A stretch of DNA of 64,000 nucleotides from Methanocaldococcus sp. 28A (GTDB lineage Archaea > AGJL01 > Methanococci > Methanococcales > Methanocaldococcaceae). Below the pieces are notes generated by a model. That model searched no databases, was not told the DNA's origin, and saw only the letters and a program-made list of their open reading frames with translations. How positions within the stretch are numbered: the first letter of the stretch is position 1; every line of letters starts with the position of its first letter. Positions 21,360 through 31,733 of the stretch are shown piece after piece. Position numbers and translations under genes: made by a program. The stretch lies in the NCBI GenBank assembly GCA_049852185.1, contig CP187540.1; one strand, given 5' to 3'.

Positions 21360-22380
21360 GAGGTTGTCGAAAAATATTAAACTAATTGATAGTAGATAAT
21401 ACGAAATATGAAGCGGGAAGAAAATAAGAAAACAAGAGAGAAAAAGAAAAGTTTCAAGAAGCGGAAGGATTATTGGAAAGCTTACGACCTTAGATATAAG
21501 AAATACGACATAGTGGAGACATATACATTTATTTTACGTATTATAAATAAGTTAAATCGCCCCTCGATAGAAAGACGAAGGGTAGGTCGAGCTCTAGCTA
21601 TATCCCATAATGAATATATGGCTGTTCAAATATTAAAACATATCTACACACTTAGTTTGAGAGACTTAGAGACCATATCGAATATCCTACCAGTAAAGCA
21701 TTCAAACGAATAGATTATACCTCTTTGTCAGCCTTACTTACCTTTACGTATGTAATTATAGACAATTTACTGAAACAGCCCACCAATAAAATATATATCG
21801 CTGACTCCACGGGTGTTTCCATAAATAGATTATATAGTGAATGTATTTATCGAGGAAAACGGACTAAACGACGAGTGTTTGGTAAATTGCATATTTTAGC
21901 ATGCTATTATCCTAACTATGGCTATATTCCAGTAGTTGCTGCCCGTTGGGGCACTAATTATAGTTCCGATAGTGCAAACTTATTAGAAATGCTTAAACAA
22001 ATCGATTTTTTAGATATTGAATATCTATTGGCTGATAGTGGATACGATTGCTGTGAACTGTTCGAATACTCACTAAATCACAACATCTCCCCCATAGTTA
22101 AAACTAAAGAGTTTAAATGGGATTATAAAACCAATAAGGTTAGAAAACGAATCAAAGGTATGTTTAATCAAAATTTATATAGATACCGTGGAGTCGTGGA
22201 ATCCATTTTTGGTGGGCTGGAAACTAAAAACCGTCTAAAATTAAACGATAGATTGCTAAATATTAGACGAAACAGCACTATCGCTGCTGCAATAGTACAT
22301 AATATATTAATATTAATGAGATTATCAGTATTAATACATAATACTTCATGCTCTTCCTAATTCAATTTTTCGACAACCTC
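21360..22380 (+). mobile_element. IS5-like insertion sequence with a split transposase
   Basis: Perfect 16-bp TIR GAGGTTGTCGAAAAAT. Confidence 0.88.
21408..22360 (+). pseudogene. IS5-type DDE transposase in two frames
   Basis: ORFs 21408-21713 and 21725-22360; IADSTG, KLHIL, LLADSGYD, YRYRGVVESIFG. Confidence 0.8.
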
Positions 22381-22483
22381 ATAAAGTGCGAAAAACCTAT
22401 ATACTGTTATTAAGAATATTAACTATTGTTATAATTAAATCCTAATTTAATTTAAATTTTCAAATTGAAAAATCTTTTGGGGG

Positions 22484-23329
22484 ATGTATGTGAAAGTAAT
22501 GAAAATTGTTCAAAATAAAGAAATTATAACCGTTTATCCTACAACCACAATAAGAAAAGCATTAATGACTATGAATGAAAATAGATATAGAAGATTGCCT
22601 GTTGTAAATGCTGGAAATAATAAGGTTGTTGGAATAATTACAAGTATGGATATTGTAGATTTCATGGGTGGGGGTTCAAAATACAACTTAATTAGAGAAA
22701 AGCATGAAAGAAATTTCTTAGCAGCTATAAATGAGCCAGTTAGAGCTATAATGGAAGAGAATGTTATAACTCTCAAAGAAAATGCTGATATTGATGAAGC
22801 AATAGAAACCTTTTTAACAAAGAATGTTGGTGGAGCTCCAATAGTTAATGATGACAATCAATTAATTTCATTAATTACAGAGAGAGATATAATTAGAGCA
22901 TTATTAGATAAAATAGATGAAAATGAAGTTGTAGATGATTATATAACAAGAAAGGTTATTGTTGCCACACCAGGAGAGAGATTAAAGGATGTTGCGAGAA
23001 CCATGGTTAGAAATGGATTTAGAAGATTACCTGTGGTTAGTGAGGAGAAATTAGTAGGAATTATAACATCAACTGACTTTATAAAACTTTTAGGTAGTGA
23101 TTGGGCTTTCAATCACATGCAAACAGGAAATGTTAGAGAGATAACAAATGTTAGAATGGAAGAAATTATGAAGAGAGATGTTATAACTGCAAAAGAGGGG
23201 GATAAATTAAAAGAAGTAGCTGAGATAATGGTAAATAATGATATTGGAGCTTTACCTGTAGTTGATGATGATTTGAAAGTTAGGGGGATTATTACAGAGA
23301 AGGATGTTTTGAAATACTTTGCTAAATAA
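22484..23329 (+). CDS. Four-CBS-domain protein
   Basis: Repeated RRLPVV / GIIT..D motifs. Confidence 0.92.
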   Translation: MYVKVMKIVQNKEIITVYPTTTIRKALMTMNENRYRRLPVVNAGNNKVVGIITSMDIVDFMGGGSKYNLIREKHERNFLAAINEPVRAIMEENVITLKENADIDEAIETFLTKNVGGAPIVNDDNQLISLITERDIIRALLDKIDENEVVDDYITRKVIVATPGERLKDVARTMVRNGFRRLPVVSEEKLVGIITSTDFIKLLGSDWAFNHMQTGNVREITNVRMEEIMKRDVITAKEGDKLKEVAEIMVNNDIGALPVVDDDLKVRGIITEKDVLKYFAK

Positions 23330-23665
23330 TGATTTTATTTTTTTATATTTATAATAATATTAATTTACTTTTTTAGAGTATTTACTAATTTACTATTATT
23401 AAGAACTTTAATATCAATCTTTTTATACATTGCTAAGTAGTGTATATTAGAATAATCATAAATAACTCAGTAATGTATAAATATTTAAAAACTAAAATAA
23501 TTCTATCATAATATTGGAAAATATAACTTTACAAAAATAAAGTGGCATATTATTTTGATACAGAAAAGGAAGTCATTGATAGAGTTAGATATATTTGCCC
23601 AGAATGGTAATAAATATTTATTATTTTTATTATTTAATTTTTTATTTAAACATTTTGGTGATAAA

Positions 23666-25117
23666 ATGATAATAAAAAAGAATCTCTTAATTTTATTAAG
23701 TTTTTTTATATTAATATCATTTCTTCCAGTTTATGCATTAAATAGTGAATGGAATTCTATTCAACAGAATGGAGACATTTGGATTATAATTTATAATAAT
23801 AACATTTATTTATACAATGATATAACTCCAAAGTATATTGTTTATCTAAATAAAACATACTCCAATGAAGAGATTAACAGACATTTTGGATATTTATATT
23901 ATAAGGATAGTTTTATCCTGGGAAATCGAACTTTTATCGTATGTAATGCTTGGGATGGTTATAGTATTGGTAAATTGGATATTAACGATAGAATACTATA
24001 TTTATATGGAGAAGTTCTTGGAGAATTTTACAATCTAAAAAGTAACAATAATGATGCTTTAGCATGTTTTAATAATAAAGGAGGAATGGGAGCAGAGCCA
24101 ATATTGGTTGAATTAAAATATAACTCAACTACAAATAACTTGATATGGATTGGAGATAATTTTTATGGCTTAAACTTAAATTTGAGTAAGTATTTGTTTA
24201 ACTATATCAATAACGTTAAGAATTATTATTTTTATGAATTTAAGCCAGTAAGTTTTTGTTTTGATTACAATCCAAAAGAAAAATATTGGCTTATTTATGG
24301 TAATGGAGTTTTTTCAGTCGTTTATATGAGAAATGATACCAGTTTAAAGTATGTAAATAGTTATTTAAAATTCTTAGTGAAATACAATGGCACATTTTAT
24401 GATTTTAAATATTTCAATAATTCATTATGTCAAATAGTTTATAACAAATATGGAAATTACTGGATTTGTGTGGGAGAGAATAAATTATATCTTTTAGATG
24501 ATGACTTAAATTTAATAAAAACTATTGGTGTAAATAAGAGTATATATAAGGTATTTCCAATAGATAAAGATAATATTTATTTAGTTTATCCAAAAAAGGC
24601 AGTTGTAGAAATTTGGAAAATAGAAAAAGTTAAAGTTAAAAGTAATTTTAGTAAGGAAATCATAGAGAAATATAAAGAATATAATAAGACCCCTCCACTA
24701 TATCTTACAGAATATAAGGAAGTAAAGGTTGGAGAAAAGGTTGTAGAGATTAAAGATTTACCGAAGTTAGTAAGCAATATAGAAGAAAATAAAAATTATA
24801 CCTATGGTATTAAAAACTACCTCTATGAAATTGAAAAAATTAACTTAAAAAATAATAAAGTTGTTGAAATAAATACTGATGATTTAAATCCAATAGATGT
24901 TGGTTATAATGGAAAATACTTCATTTTAATTGGAAATGATTCATCATTGTATATCTTTAACAATGGGACTTACAAAAAAATTGCTAATTTGAATAAATTT
25001 ACTGATAAATCTAAAAATAAACTGGTAAATTATTACATATTAAGGATTGTTATAGCAATAATTTTATTTTTGGTTATATATTATGGAAGAAAAATTAAAA
25101 TAACTTATAATTCATAA
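23666..25117 (+). CDS. Secreted, C-terminally anchored Asn/Tyr-rich surface protein
   Basis: GGTGA RBS before ATG 23666; N-terminal signal-like segment; C-terminal hydrophobic helix and basic tail. Confidence 0.7.
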   Translation: MIIKKNLLILLSFFILISFLPVYALNSEWNSIQQNGDIWIIIYNNNIYLYNDITPKYIVYLNKTYSNEEINRHFGYLYYKDSFILGNRTFIVCNAWDGYSIGKLDINDRILYLYGEVLGEFYNLKSNNNDALACFNNKGGMGAEPILVELKYNSTTNNLIWIGDNFYGLNLNLSKYLFNYINNVKNYYFYEFKPVSFCFDYNPKEKYWLIYGNGVFSVVYMRNDTSLKYVNSYLKFLVKYNGTFYDFKYFNNSLCQIVYNKYGNYWICVGENKLYLLDDDLNLIKTIGVNKSIYKVFPIDKDNIYLVYPKKAVVEIWKIEKVKVKSNFSKEIIEKYKEYNKTPPLYLTEYKEVKVGEKVVEIKDLPKLVSNIEENKNYTYGIKNYLYEIEKINLKNNKVVEINTDDLNPIDVGYNGKYFILIGNDSSLYIFNNGTYKKIANLNKFTDKSKNKLVNYYILRIVIAIILFLVIYYGRKIKITYNS

Positions 25118-25131
25118 TAAAGGGGGTATTT

Positions 25132-25537
25132 ATGACAAAAAAATATTAATATAGAGTGTATTTTGGCATCTTTAACTTATATATCCTTCATAATACTTCC
25201 AGTTTTTGTTCCTTTGATATTTGCTATTATTTTTAGGAAAAATAAGTTTATTTTATTCTACTCAATTCAGGCATTGTTTATTCACATAATTTTATTAGAA
25301 TTTATATTCATATCTTTCCCAATCTTTAAATCTATTTGTAGATACATTACAATTTTATCCATAAATACCCAAAATCTCATGATTGATTATTTAGAGTTTG
25401 TTTTAGGAATATTGTATCTTTTAATTGTTGTAATCCCAATTTTATTAGGAACATATTAGTTCTCTGGTGGAAAATGGTTTAAATTTCCATTGATTGGTTT
25501 TATTTCTGGAAAGATTGTACATTATTTAAACAAATAA
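25132..25537 (+). pseudogene. DUF4870-like membrane protein, frameshifted and with an internal TAG
   Basis: FYSIQAL motif; after TAG 25457-25459 the frame continues FSGGKWFKFPLIG to TAA 25537. Confidence 0.6.
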
Positions 25538-25766
25538 ATTTTTATTTTTTATTATTGACTGTTTATAGTAGTTTCAATAGTTTACACTATATAACAATGT
25601 ATAAATATTTAAAGATTAAAATAAACACTATAAGATTGAAAGATATAACTTTACAAAAATAAAGTGGCGAAGTATATAGCTATAAATGAAATGCAAAATA
25701 AAAAACTGAAAAATAAAAGATTGGGGCTTATAATTGGTAGCATTATTTGGTTAGGAATATTATTTA

Positions 25767-26581
25767 CAGTATCTCCGAACATCATAAAATAAATAGAAAA
25801 ATTAATATTTTATAATATCGAATAGTTATTAAAAAAATAGGAGGAGGTAGAACAATGAATGACATAAGATTGTTGGCTATAAAATCATTTAATGAATTTA
25901 ACGAATTCATAAACAATGTTCTTCAAATTTGTCCAAGGATTTATCGAGTTGAAGATTATACAAGAGGATTTATAGAGGCGATGTCGAATAATATAATACA
26001 TATTTAGAGACCATTAGCAAGCTAAATTATCCATCGGCAGACTTTTACTATCGATATATAAATAAGGCAGGTAATTCTATGTTTAAAGAAATTTATAAAT
26101 CTTTTGTTAAAAATATATTCAATGATTTAAAAAAAATAATAGAAATTTTTGCCTATCGATAGATACGCATTATTATGGTAATAATTTAGATTTAGAATTA
26201 ATTCACGAATATAGAAAAGAGAGGGGCAGTACTGGTTCGTATAAGTCTATAGTTGCTACATTACATACTGAAGATTTTTCGTTAATAATCTATTGTGATA
26301 TTCTTTTTAAGGAATATTCGTTGCTTAATCATGTGAAGGAAATTATAGACTTTACTATTAACGATTTAGAAATAAATCCATCTAATATTGTAGTACTTAC
26401 CGATAGAGAGTTTAAAAAAAATATTCATAACTTATGGATTAAAATTCGTAATAAAAAAGAATGTATTTCTTTAAAATTCTTCATCGTCGAAATTACTAAG
26501 TTATTAGATGAGTTTGATTATTCAATCATGGTTATGCGTAATACTTGGTTGTGTATGTCTAATGCATATTCGTAGATACTG
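25767..26581 (+). mobile_element. ISH3/IS4-like element copy 2, internally deleted
   Basis: TIRs CAGTATCTCCGAA / TTCGTAGATACTG, TA flanks; near-identical to 1578-2773 but lacks about 380 bp of the catalytic region. Confidence 0.9.
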
Positions 26582-26634
26582 TATTATATTTATAGATGCG
26601 AAATATTTTTGGGATACCACACTCTTACATGCAA

Positions 26635-26760
26635 TGCCGTAAAGTATTTATAATAGTTGGGGTATATAAAGAAACCAAGTGATTAAGGGGTTGTAATATA
26701 TAACCTATAAAATAGAGGACTAAAATGGGTTAATTTTATTCAATTCAAAAAATGCCTCCT
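26635..26760 (+). promoter_or_regulatory. Probable CRISPR leader
   Basis: AT-rich non-coding stretch with BRE/TATA-like AAAGTATTTATAA immediately before repeat 1. Confidence 0.55.
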
Positions 26761-26910
26761 ATTAAAATCAGACCGATTCGGTATGGAAGCCTTCAATTGC
26801 ATGAATACCTACTCCAGCATTAAAATCAGACCGGTGCGATATGGAAATTATCAGTTTTTGGCGGGTTATCACATACGGAAAAATTAAAATCATAAATCTT
26901 GGATTAAATA
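26761..26910 (+). CRISPR. Orphan mini-CRISPR: 2 repeats plus 1 degenerate repeat, 2 spacers
   Basis: ATTAAAATCAGACCGATTCGGTATGGAAGC (26761), ATTAAAATCAGACCGGTGCGATATGGAAAT (26819), ATTAAAATCATA... (26883); spacers 28 and 34 nt; resembles the Methanocaldococcus repeat ATTAAAATCAGACCGTTTCGGAATGGAAA. Confidence 0.82.
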
Positions 26911-27057
26911 GTAGCTTTTAATCCTTTTATTATTTTATTATCCTAATAATATTTATTAATTTATATATTTAAAAATTATAAAAATATACTAACTAAATAA
27001 TTAATAATATTTTACTAATTTTATTTTTATTTTAAAAATAATTTTTAGGTGAAATAA

Positions 27058-28305
27058 ATGTATAAAGTTAAGGATATAAACCTTTGGAAAGAAGGAGAGA
27101 GAAAAATTCAATGGGCAAAACAACACATGCCTGTTTTAGGTTTAATTAGAGAAAGATTTAAAGAAGAAAAACCATTTAAAGGAATAACAATAGGAATGGC
27201 TTTACATTTAGAGGCAAAAACAGCTGTTTTAGCTGAGACTTTGATGGAAGGAGGAGCAGAAATAGCTATAACTGGTTGTAATCCTCTTTCTACTCAAGAT
27301 GATGTAGCCGCAGCATGTGCTAAGAAAGGTATGCATGTCTATGCATGGAGAGGAGAGACGGTTGAAGAATACTACGCTAATTTAAACAAAGTCTTAGACC
27401 ATAAGCCAGATATTATTATAGATGATGGCTGCGATTTAATATTTTTGTTGCATACAAAGAGAACAGAGCTTTTGGATAAAATTTTAGGAGGTTGTGAGGA
27501 AACAACAACTGGAATTATAAGGCTTAAAGCTATGGAAAAAGAAGGCGCTTTAAAATTCCCAGTTATGGATGTAAATGATGCATACACAAAACATCTATTT
27601 GACAACAGATATGGAACTGGGCAGAGTGCCTTAGATGGAATTTTGAGAGCTACAAACTTATTAATTGCTGGAAAAACTCTTGTAGTTGCTGGTTATGGAT
27701 GGTGCGGTAGAGGAGTAGCAATGAGAGCTAAGGGTTTGGGAGCTGAAGTTGTTGTTACTGAAGTAAATCCTATTAGAGCATTAGAGGCAAGAATGGATGG
27801 ATTTAGAGTTATGAAGATGGAAAAAGCTGCAGAGATTGGTGATATATTTATAACAACTACTGGATGTAAAGATGTTATTAGAAAAGAGCATATATTAAAG
27901 ATGAAAAATGGAGCTATCTTAGCAAATGCTGGACACTTTGATAATGAAATTAATAAAAAGCACTTAGAAGAGTTAGCTAAATCAATAAAAGAAGTTAGAA
28001 ATTGTGTAACTGAATATGATTTAGGAGATAAGAAAATATACCTATTAGGAGAAGGTAGATTGGTTAATCTAGCATGTGCAGATGGACATCCATGTGAAGT
28101 TATGGATATGAGCTTTGCAAACCAAGCTTTAGGGGCTGAATATATTTTAAAGAACCATGATAAATTAGAGCCAAGAGTTTATAACATTCCTTATGAGCAA
28201 GATTTGATGATTGCCTCTCTAAAGCTAAAATCTATGGGAATTGAGATAGATGAATTGACTGAAGAGCAAAAGAGATATTTAGAGGATTGGAGAGAGGGAA
28301 CATAA
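27058..28305 (+). CDS. ahcY: S-adenosyl/S-inosyl-homocysteine hydrolase
   Basis: [38 protein letters not shown]. Confidence 0.96.
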   Translation: MYKVKDINLWKEGERKIQWAKQHMPVLGLIRERFKEEKPFKGITIGMALHLEAKTAVLAETLMEGGAEIAITGCNPLSTQDDVAAACAKKGMHVYAWRGETVEEYYANLNKVLDHKPDIIIDDGCDLIFLLHTKRTELLDKILGGCEETTTGIIRLKAMEKEGALKFPVMDVNDAYTKHLFDNRYGTGQSALDGILRATNLLIAGKTLVVAGYGWCGRGVAMRAKGLGAEVVVTEVNPIRALEARMDGFRVMKMEKAAEIGDIFITTTGCKDVIRKEHILKMKNGAILANAGHFDNEINKKHLEELAKSIKEVRNCVTEYDLGDKKIYLLGEGRLVNLACADGHPCEVMDMSFANQALGAEYILKNHDKLEPRVYNIPYEQDLMIASLKLKSMGIEIDELTEEQKRYLEDWREGT

Positions 28306-28328
28306 AAAATAAAAATATTTGTAGATAA

Positions 28329-29585
28329 TTATTCAAACTCTAAATCTATATCTTCCAATCTTCTCTTAAATTCTTCTAAAACTATATCTTCATACTTCTC
28401 TTCTGTTGTAGGATTTCCATTTTCATCTCTTGCTACAAAGCATGCAGCTAATCTTAAATAATGTCCAGCGTCATCCCATGGAACTGTTGAAATAAGCTTC
28501 TCTTTAATTAAATATTGTGAAAAGTCTTCTGCTGTTTCAAATTCAATACCATTAGCTCTTCTTGGTGATTTAACATATAAATAAAATGTACCTCCTGGCA
28601 TTCTTGCTTTGAATCCAACTTCATTTAATATCTTAACCATCTTTCTTAACCTTCTCTCATATTTCTGTCTGACTCTTTCAGTAATTTCTGGATGTTGTAA
28701 GCAGTATATTCCAGCTTTTTGGATTGGAATAAATTGCCCGCTATCAAAGTTGTCTTTAACTGTTGCAAACGCTTTAATTATAAGCTCATTTCCTACTAAA
28801 AATGCTAATCTCCAACCAGTCATGTTAAATGCCTTTGAAAAGCTGTGAATTTCAACTCCAACTTCTTTTGCATCTTTAACTGATAAAAATGAGAGTGGCT
28901 TTCCATCATAAACCAAAGCTCCATAAGCAGCGTCTTGAACAACAATAATCTCATTTTCAAATGCAAAATCTACAACCTCTTTGTAAAACTTTTTTGTTGC
29001 CTGAGCTCCTGTTGGGTTGTTTGGATAATTGAGATAGAGTATTTTTGCTCTCTTCTTAATATCCTCTGGAATGCTCTCTAAATCAGGTAAGAAGTTGTTT
29101 TCCTCTAATAATGGTAAATTATAAACTTCTCCCCCATACCATTTTGTGTGTGTTGCGGTAACTGGGTAGCCAGGAACTGTCATTAAACAAACATCTCCAG
29201 GGTTTATAAATGCTGAGGTTATATATGCCAATGCTGGCTTTGAACCCATTGAGTGTATAACCTCATTAACTGGGTCTATATCTTTAACACTATAAACCTT
29301 TTCCATGTAAGGTGGGACGGCATCTTTTAACTCCTGAATTCCGTTATCTGCATATCCTCTATTCTCCCATTTTTTAGCTTCTTCACACAAAACTCTTATA
29401 ACTTCTGGGTCTGCCATTTCATCTGGTTCCCCAACACCCATGTCTATTAATTCCATGTCTGGATGTCTTTTCATAGCTTCTTGCTTAGCCCTCTTTATCT
29501 TTTCAAACTTGTAAATTACATTTTCTTTTCCAAACTTCTTTCCACCAATTCTCTCAGCAAATAAGTTTTGTATGTAACTTTCCAT
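28329..29585 (-). CDS. dapL: LL-diaminopimelate aminotransferase
   Basis: Class I PLP motifs NYPNNPTG, DAAY, SFSKAFNMTGWR; methanococcal DapL-like N-terminus. Confidence 0.8.
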   Translation of the reverse strand: MESYIQNLFAERIGGKKFGKENVIYKFEKIKRAKQEAMKRHPDMELIDMGVGEPDEMADPEVIRVLCEEAKKWENRGYADNGIQELKDAVPPYMEKVYSVKDIDPVNEVIHSMGSKPALAYITSAFINPGDVCLMTVPGYPVTATHTKWYGGEVYNLPLLEENNFLPDLESIPEDIKKRAKILYLNYPNNPTGAQATKKFYKEVVDFAFENEIIVVQDAAYGALVYDGKPLSFLSVKDAKEVGVEIHSFSKAFNMTGWRLAFLVGNELIIKAFATVKDNFDSGQFIPIQKAGIYCLQHPEITERVRQKYERRLRKMVKILNEVGFKARMPGGTFYLYVKSPRRANGIEFETAEDFSQYLIKEKLISTVPWDDAGHYLRLAACFVARDENGNPTTEEKYEDIVLEEFKRRLEDIDLEFE

Positions 29586-29705
29586 ACTCTCACCAAATCA
29601 ACATTTTATCCGTCTTCATAATATTGGTTTTGTATAAAAGTGTTTATATTTAAAAAAGTTTAGTTTATTTTGCACAAAACTATAAGTTGATTAGATATAA
29701 AAATT

Positions 29706-30014
29706 TTATTTAGCAAGTGTAAATCTTACATCATCATCTCCAACATCAAAAATTCCTAATCTAACACCGGCATCAATCCAGCCATAGGCATAATTTAATG
29801 AAGCAAATGCAGTTACATAATCTCCTCTCTCTTTAAATGCTTTAGCATCTTCAAAATAACTCTCTATCATCAATAAAAAATCTTTAGCTACCTCATACAA
29901 TAAACTCCTTTTTGGAGGCAAACCTTTTTTAATGATTTTTATAGCTTCATCAGTTCTTTTAAAGTAATTTTCTAATTTTTCTTCAGTAATTTCTTTAATC
30001 ACTTTTCTCACCAT
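29706..30014 (-). CDS. DUF357 protein
   Basis: YFEDAKAF...[20 protein letters not shown] signature; start codon uncertain. Confidence 0.85.
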   Translation of the reverse strand: MVRKVIKEITEEKLENYFKRTDEAIKIIKKGLPPKRSLLYEVAKDFLLMIESYFEDAKAFKERGDYVTAFASLNYAYGWIDAGVRLGIFDVGDDDVRFTLAK

Positions 30015-30027
30015 TATATATCTGACA

Positions 30028-30658
30028 GTGTGAATTAACGAAAAGAATCTTAAAAGCAAAAAACAGAAATAGGATGAGGTTAAATAGTTTATTAAAAAAA
30101 GGTGATACCTATATGTTAGCAGCATTTAATGATATACTGGTTGATTCTATAAATAGTTTAGGGATATGTTCTTCGGAAGAGATAGCGAAGTATGGGGTGA
30201 CGAGGACATTAATGCCGATAAAGACGATTAAAGGGATGTCATATTTAGAGATTGATAGGACAACTGCTATTAAAAATCTACAAGAACTGTCAGAATAGGA
30301 TTAGACTAATCGGACTTAGAGTTTTCTTGTGGAGAGAGATATTATTATGATGATGGAAAGTACGATGACAAGAATACATTAAATAAAATAGTTAAATTCA
30401 CTAAAAGCTAATAATAAAGAAAACGAAAAGAAGTAGTAAGAGCTATGGTGCTAAAATTAGGGATAAAATCTTCGATAAATATAATATAAGAAAGAGGAAT
30501 ATGTGAAGGTTTCTTCGGAGCTTTAACCAACAGATTTAGAAATAAATTGAATACTTTCTTAACTTCGCTTCTATTACTCGAATCGCTATTTGGGTTTGCA
30601 TATATTCTTTAATCATATTGCTGAGGTATCGTATGTAAGTCCTATCTTAGACACACAC
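30028..30658 (+). mobile_element. Decayed DDE (IS5/IS4-like) IS remnant
   Basis: RBS+ATG at 30113; broken frames containing DGKYD and RGICEGFFGAL; end CTATCTTAGACACAC. Confidence 0.6.
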
Positions 30659-30724
30659 TTTTGGATGGAGTTTTATAAAAACAAAAGTATAGATTTGTTT
30701 TGTATGTTCTATTTAAGGAAATTA

Positions 30725-30993
30725 CCGTTTCCCACTTCCATAGCTTATAACAACTTAATTTATACAAACTGATAGCTATGGAAATGTGTCGTCCTTAACC
30801 CCTTGCTTCATCAAGATTACCAATCTCTCTGCTGTGGGTTCATTGGACTTCGGGCTGAACGGATACAGCCCCACAAACCTTATATTATTAAATTATGTTA
30901 GCCTCGAAGGCAATGCCCTCTCATCAGCCAATAAATTAATATTAATTACCTCTTTATTTATATGTTACGATATGCTACAGAACCTGGAAACTG
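30725..30993 (-). mobile_element. Complete non-coding mini-element carrying an omega-RNA/HgcC-like structured RNA
   Basis: Imperfect inverted ends CCGTTTCC / GGAAACTG; TTA on both flanks; TATA near 30955-30963; K-turn hairpin 30898-30931; GGGCTG/CAGCCC stem. Confidence 0.75.
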
Positions 30994-31064
30994 TTACAAA
31001 CCCAGTAGTATTAATATAGTCTAAAAGAGATGTTAAAAATTAATATTTAGAGATAATATTTTAT

Positions 31065-31457
31065 TTACTGCTCTTCATTTCCAACTTCTAAACCTAACAA
31101 TTCAGGAATTGATTTCGCTCCATATTCAACAACCTTAACGTTAATTTGGACTATATCAGGAGCTATAGTGTTACCTCTAACTGTTTTTCTTCTTCTTTCT
31201 CCTTTTCTTTTTGGTCTGAATCCTGGTGGAGCACTTAATAAAACTCTAACCTTTCTACTTCCGTGGATGTCAGGTCTCATTGGGAAACCGCTTGAATCAG
31301 TACCTCCTGTTATTTGCAATTTGTATCCTTCTAAACCTAAAATTTTTCCATCAAAGGTTTCTCCAATTTTCTTACCAACTAATGAGGTATTGTCTGCCTC
31401 AATTTGGTAGCATCTTCCTGTTTTTGGGTCTGCAACTACGAATTTTGCTGTTGGCAT
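31065..31457 (-). CDS. rps6e: 30S ribosomal protein S6e
   Basis: [12 protein letters not shown] and [10 protein letters not shown]. Confidence 0.97.
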   Translation of the reverse strand: MPTAKFVVADPKTGRCYQIEADNTSLVGKKIGETFDGKILGLEGYKLQITGGTDSSGFPMRPDIHGSRKVRVLLSAPPGFRPKRKGERRRKTVRGNTIAPDIVQINVKVVEYGAKSIPELLGLEVGNEEQ

Positions 31458-31575
31458 GGTATTCCCTCCTATATTTTTATTTTTGTTATTTGTTTTCAGT
31501 TTCCAAATTTTTAAATTAACTTTTAAGTTTGATAAAACAGATTTTTTAAGAGTATTTTTATAAATATCTTTATTT

Positions 31576-31695
31576 CACCCTACGCCTTCCCAGCTTCATC
31601 ATTTTACTACCCCTCTGGGGATTAGAGGGGTAGAAACTCAACTGGGTCATCGACACGTCCCAACTCCTTAAATAGGAGTCAGGACAATAGGCGAT
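31576..31695 (-). ncRNA. Candidate high-GC structured ncRNA (3-way junction with K-turn)
   Basis: Two long near-perfect hairpins closed by CGCCU/AGGCG; TTTAAAA box about 25 nt upstream. Confidence 0.7.
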
Positions 31696-31733
31696 AATAA
31701 TTGAACTCTTAATATTTTAAATAATTTTTGGTT

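Noticed and set aside
25457-25459. In-frame TAG as pyrrolysine read-through
   Set aside because: Methanococcales are not known to use pyrrolysine and the gene is also frameshifted at its 5' end; a pseudogene is more likely
30898-30931. Hammerhead ribozyme (CUGAUGA plus stem II)
   Set aside because: The required GAAA is replaced by GAGG and no stem I/III cleavage site is evident; a K-turn explains the sequence better
30786-31019. 77-aa ORF across the RNA cassette
   Set aside because: GTG start, no RBS, no motif; the structure and promoter point to the opposite strand
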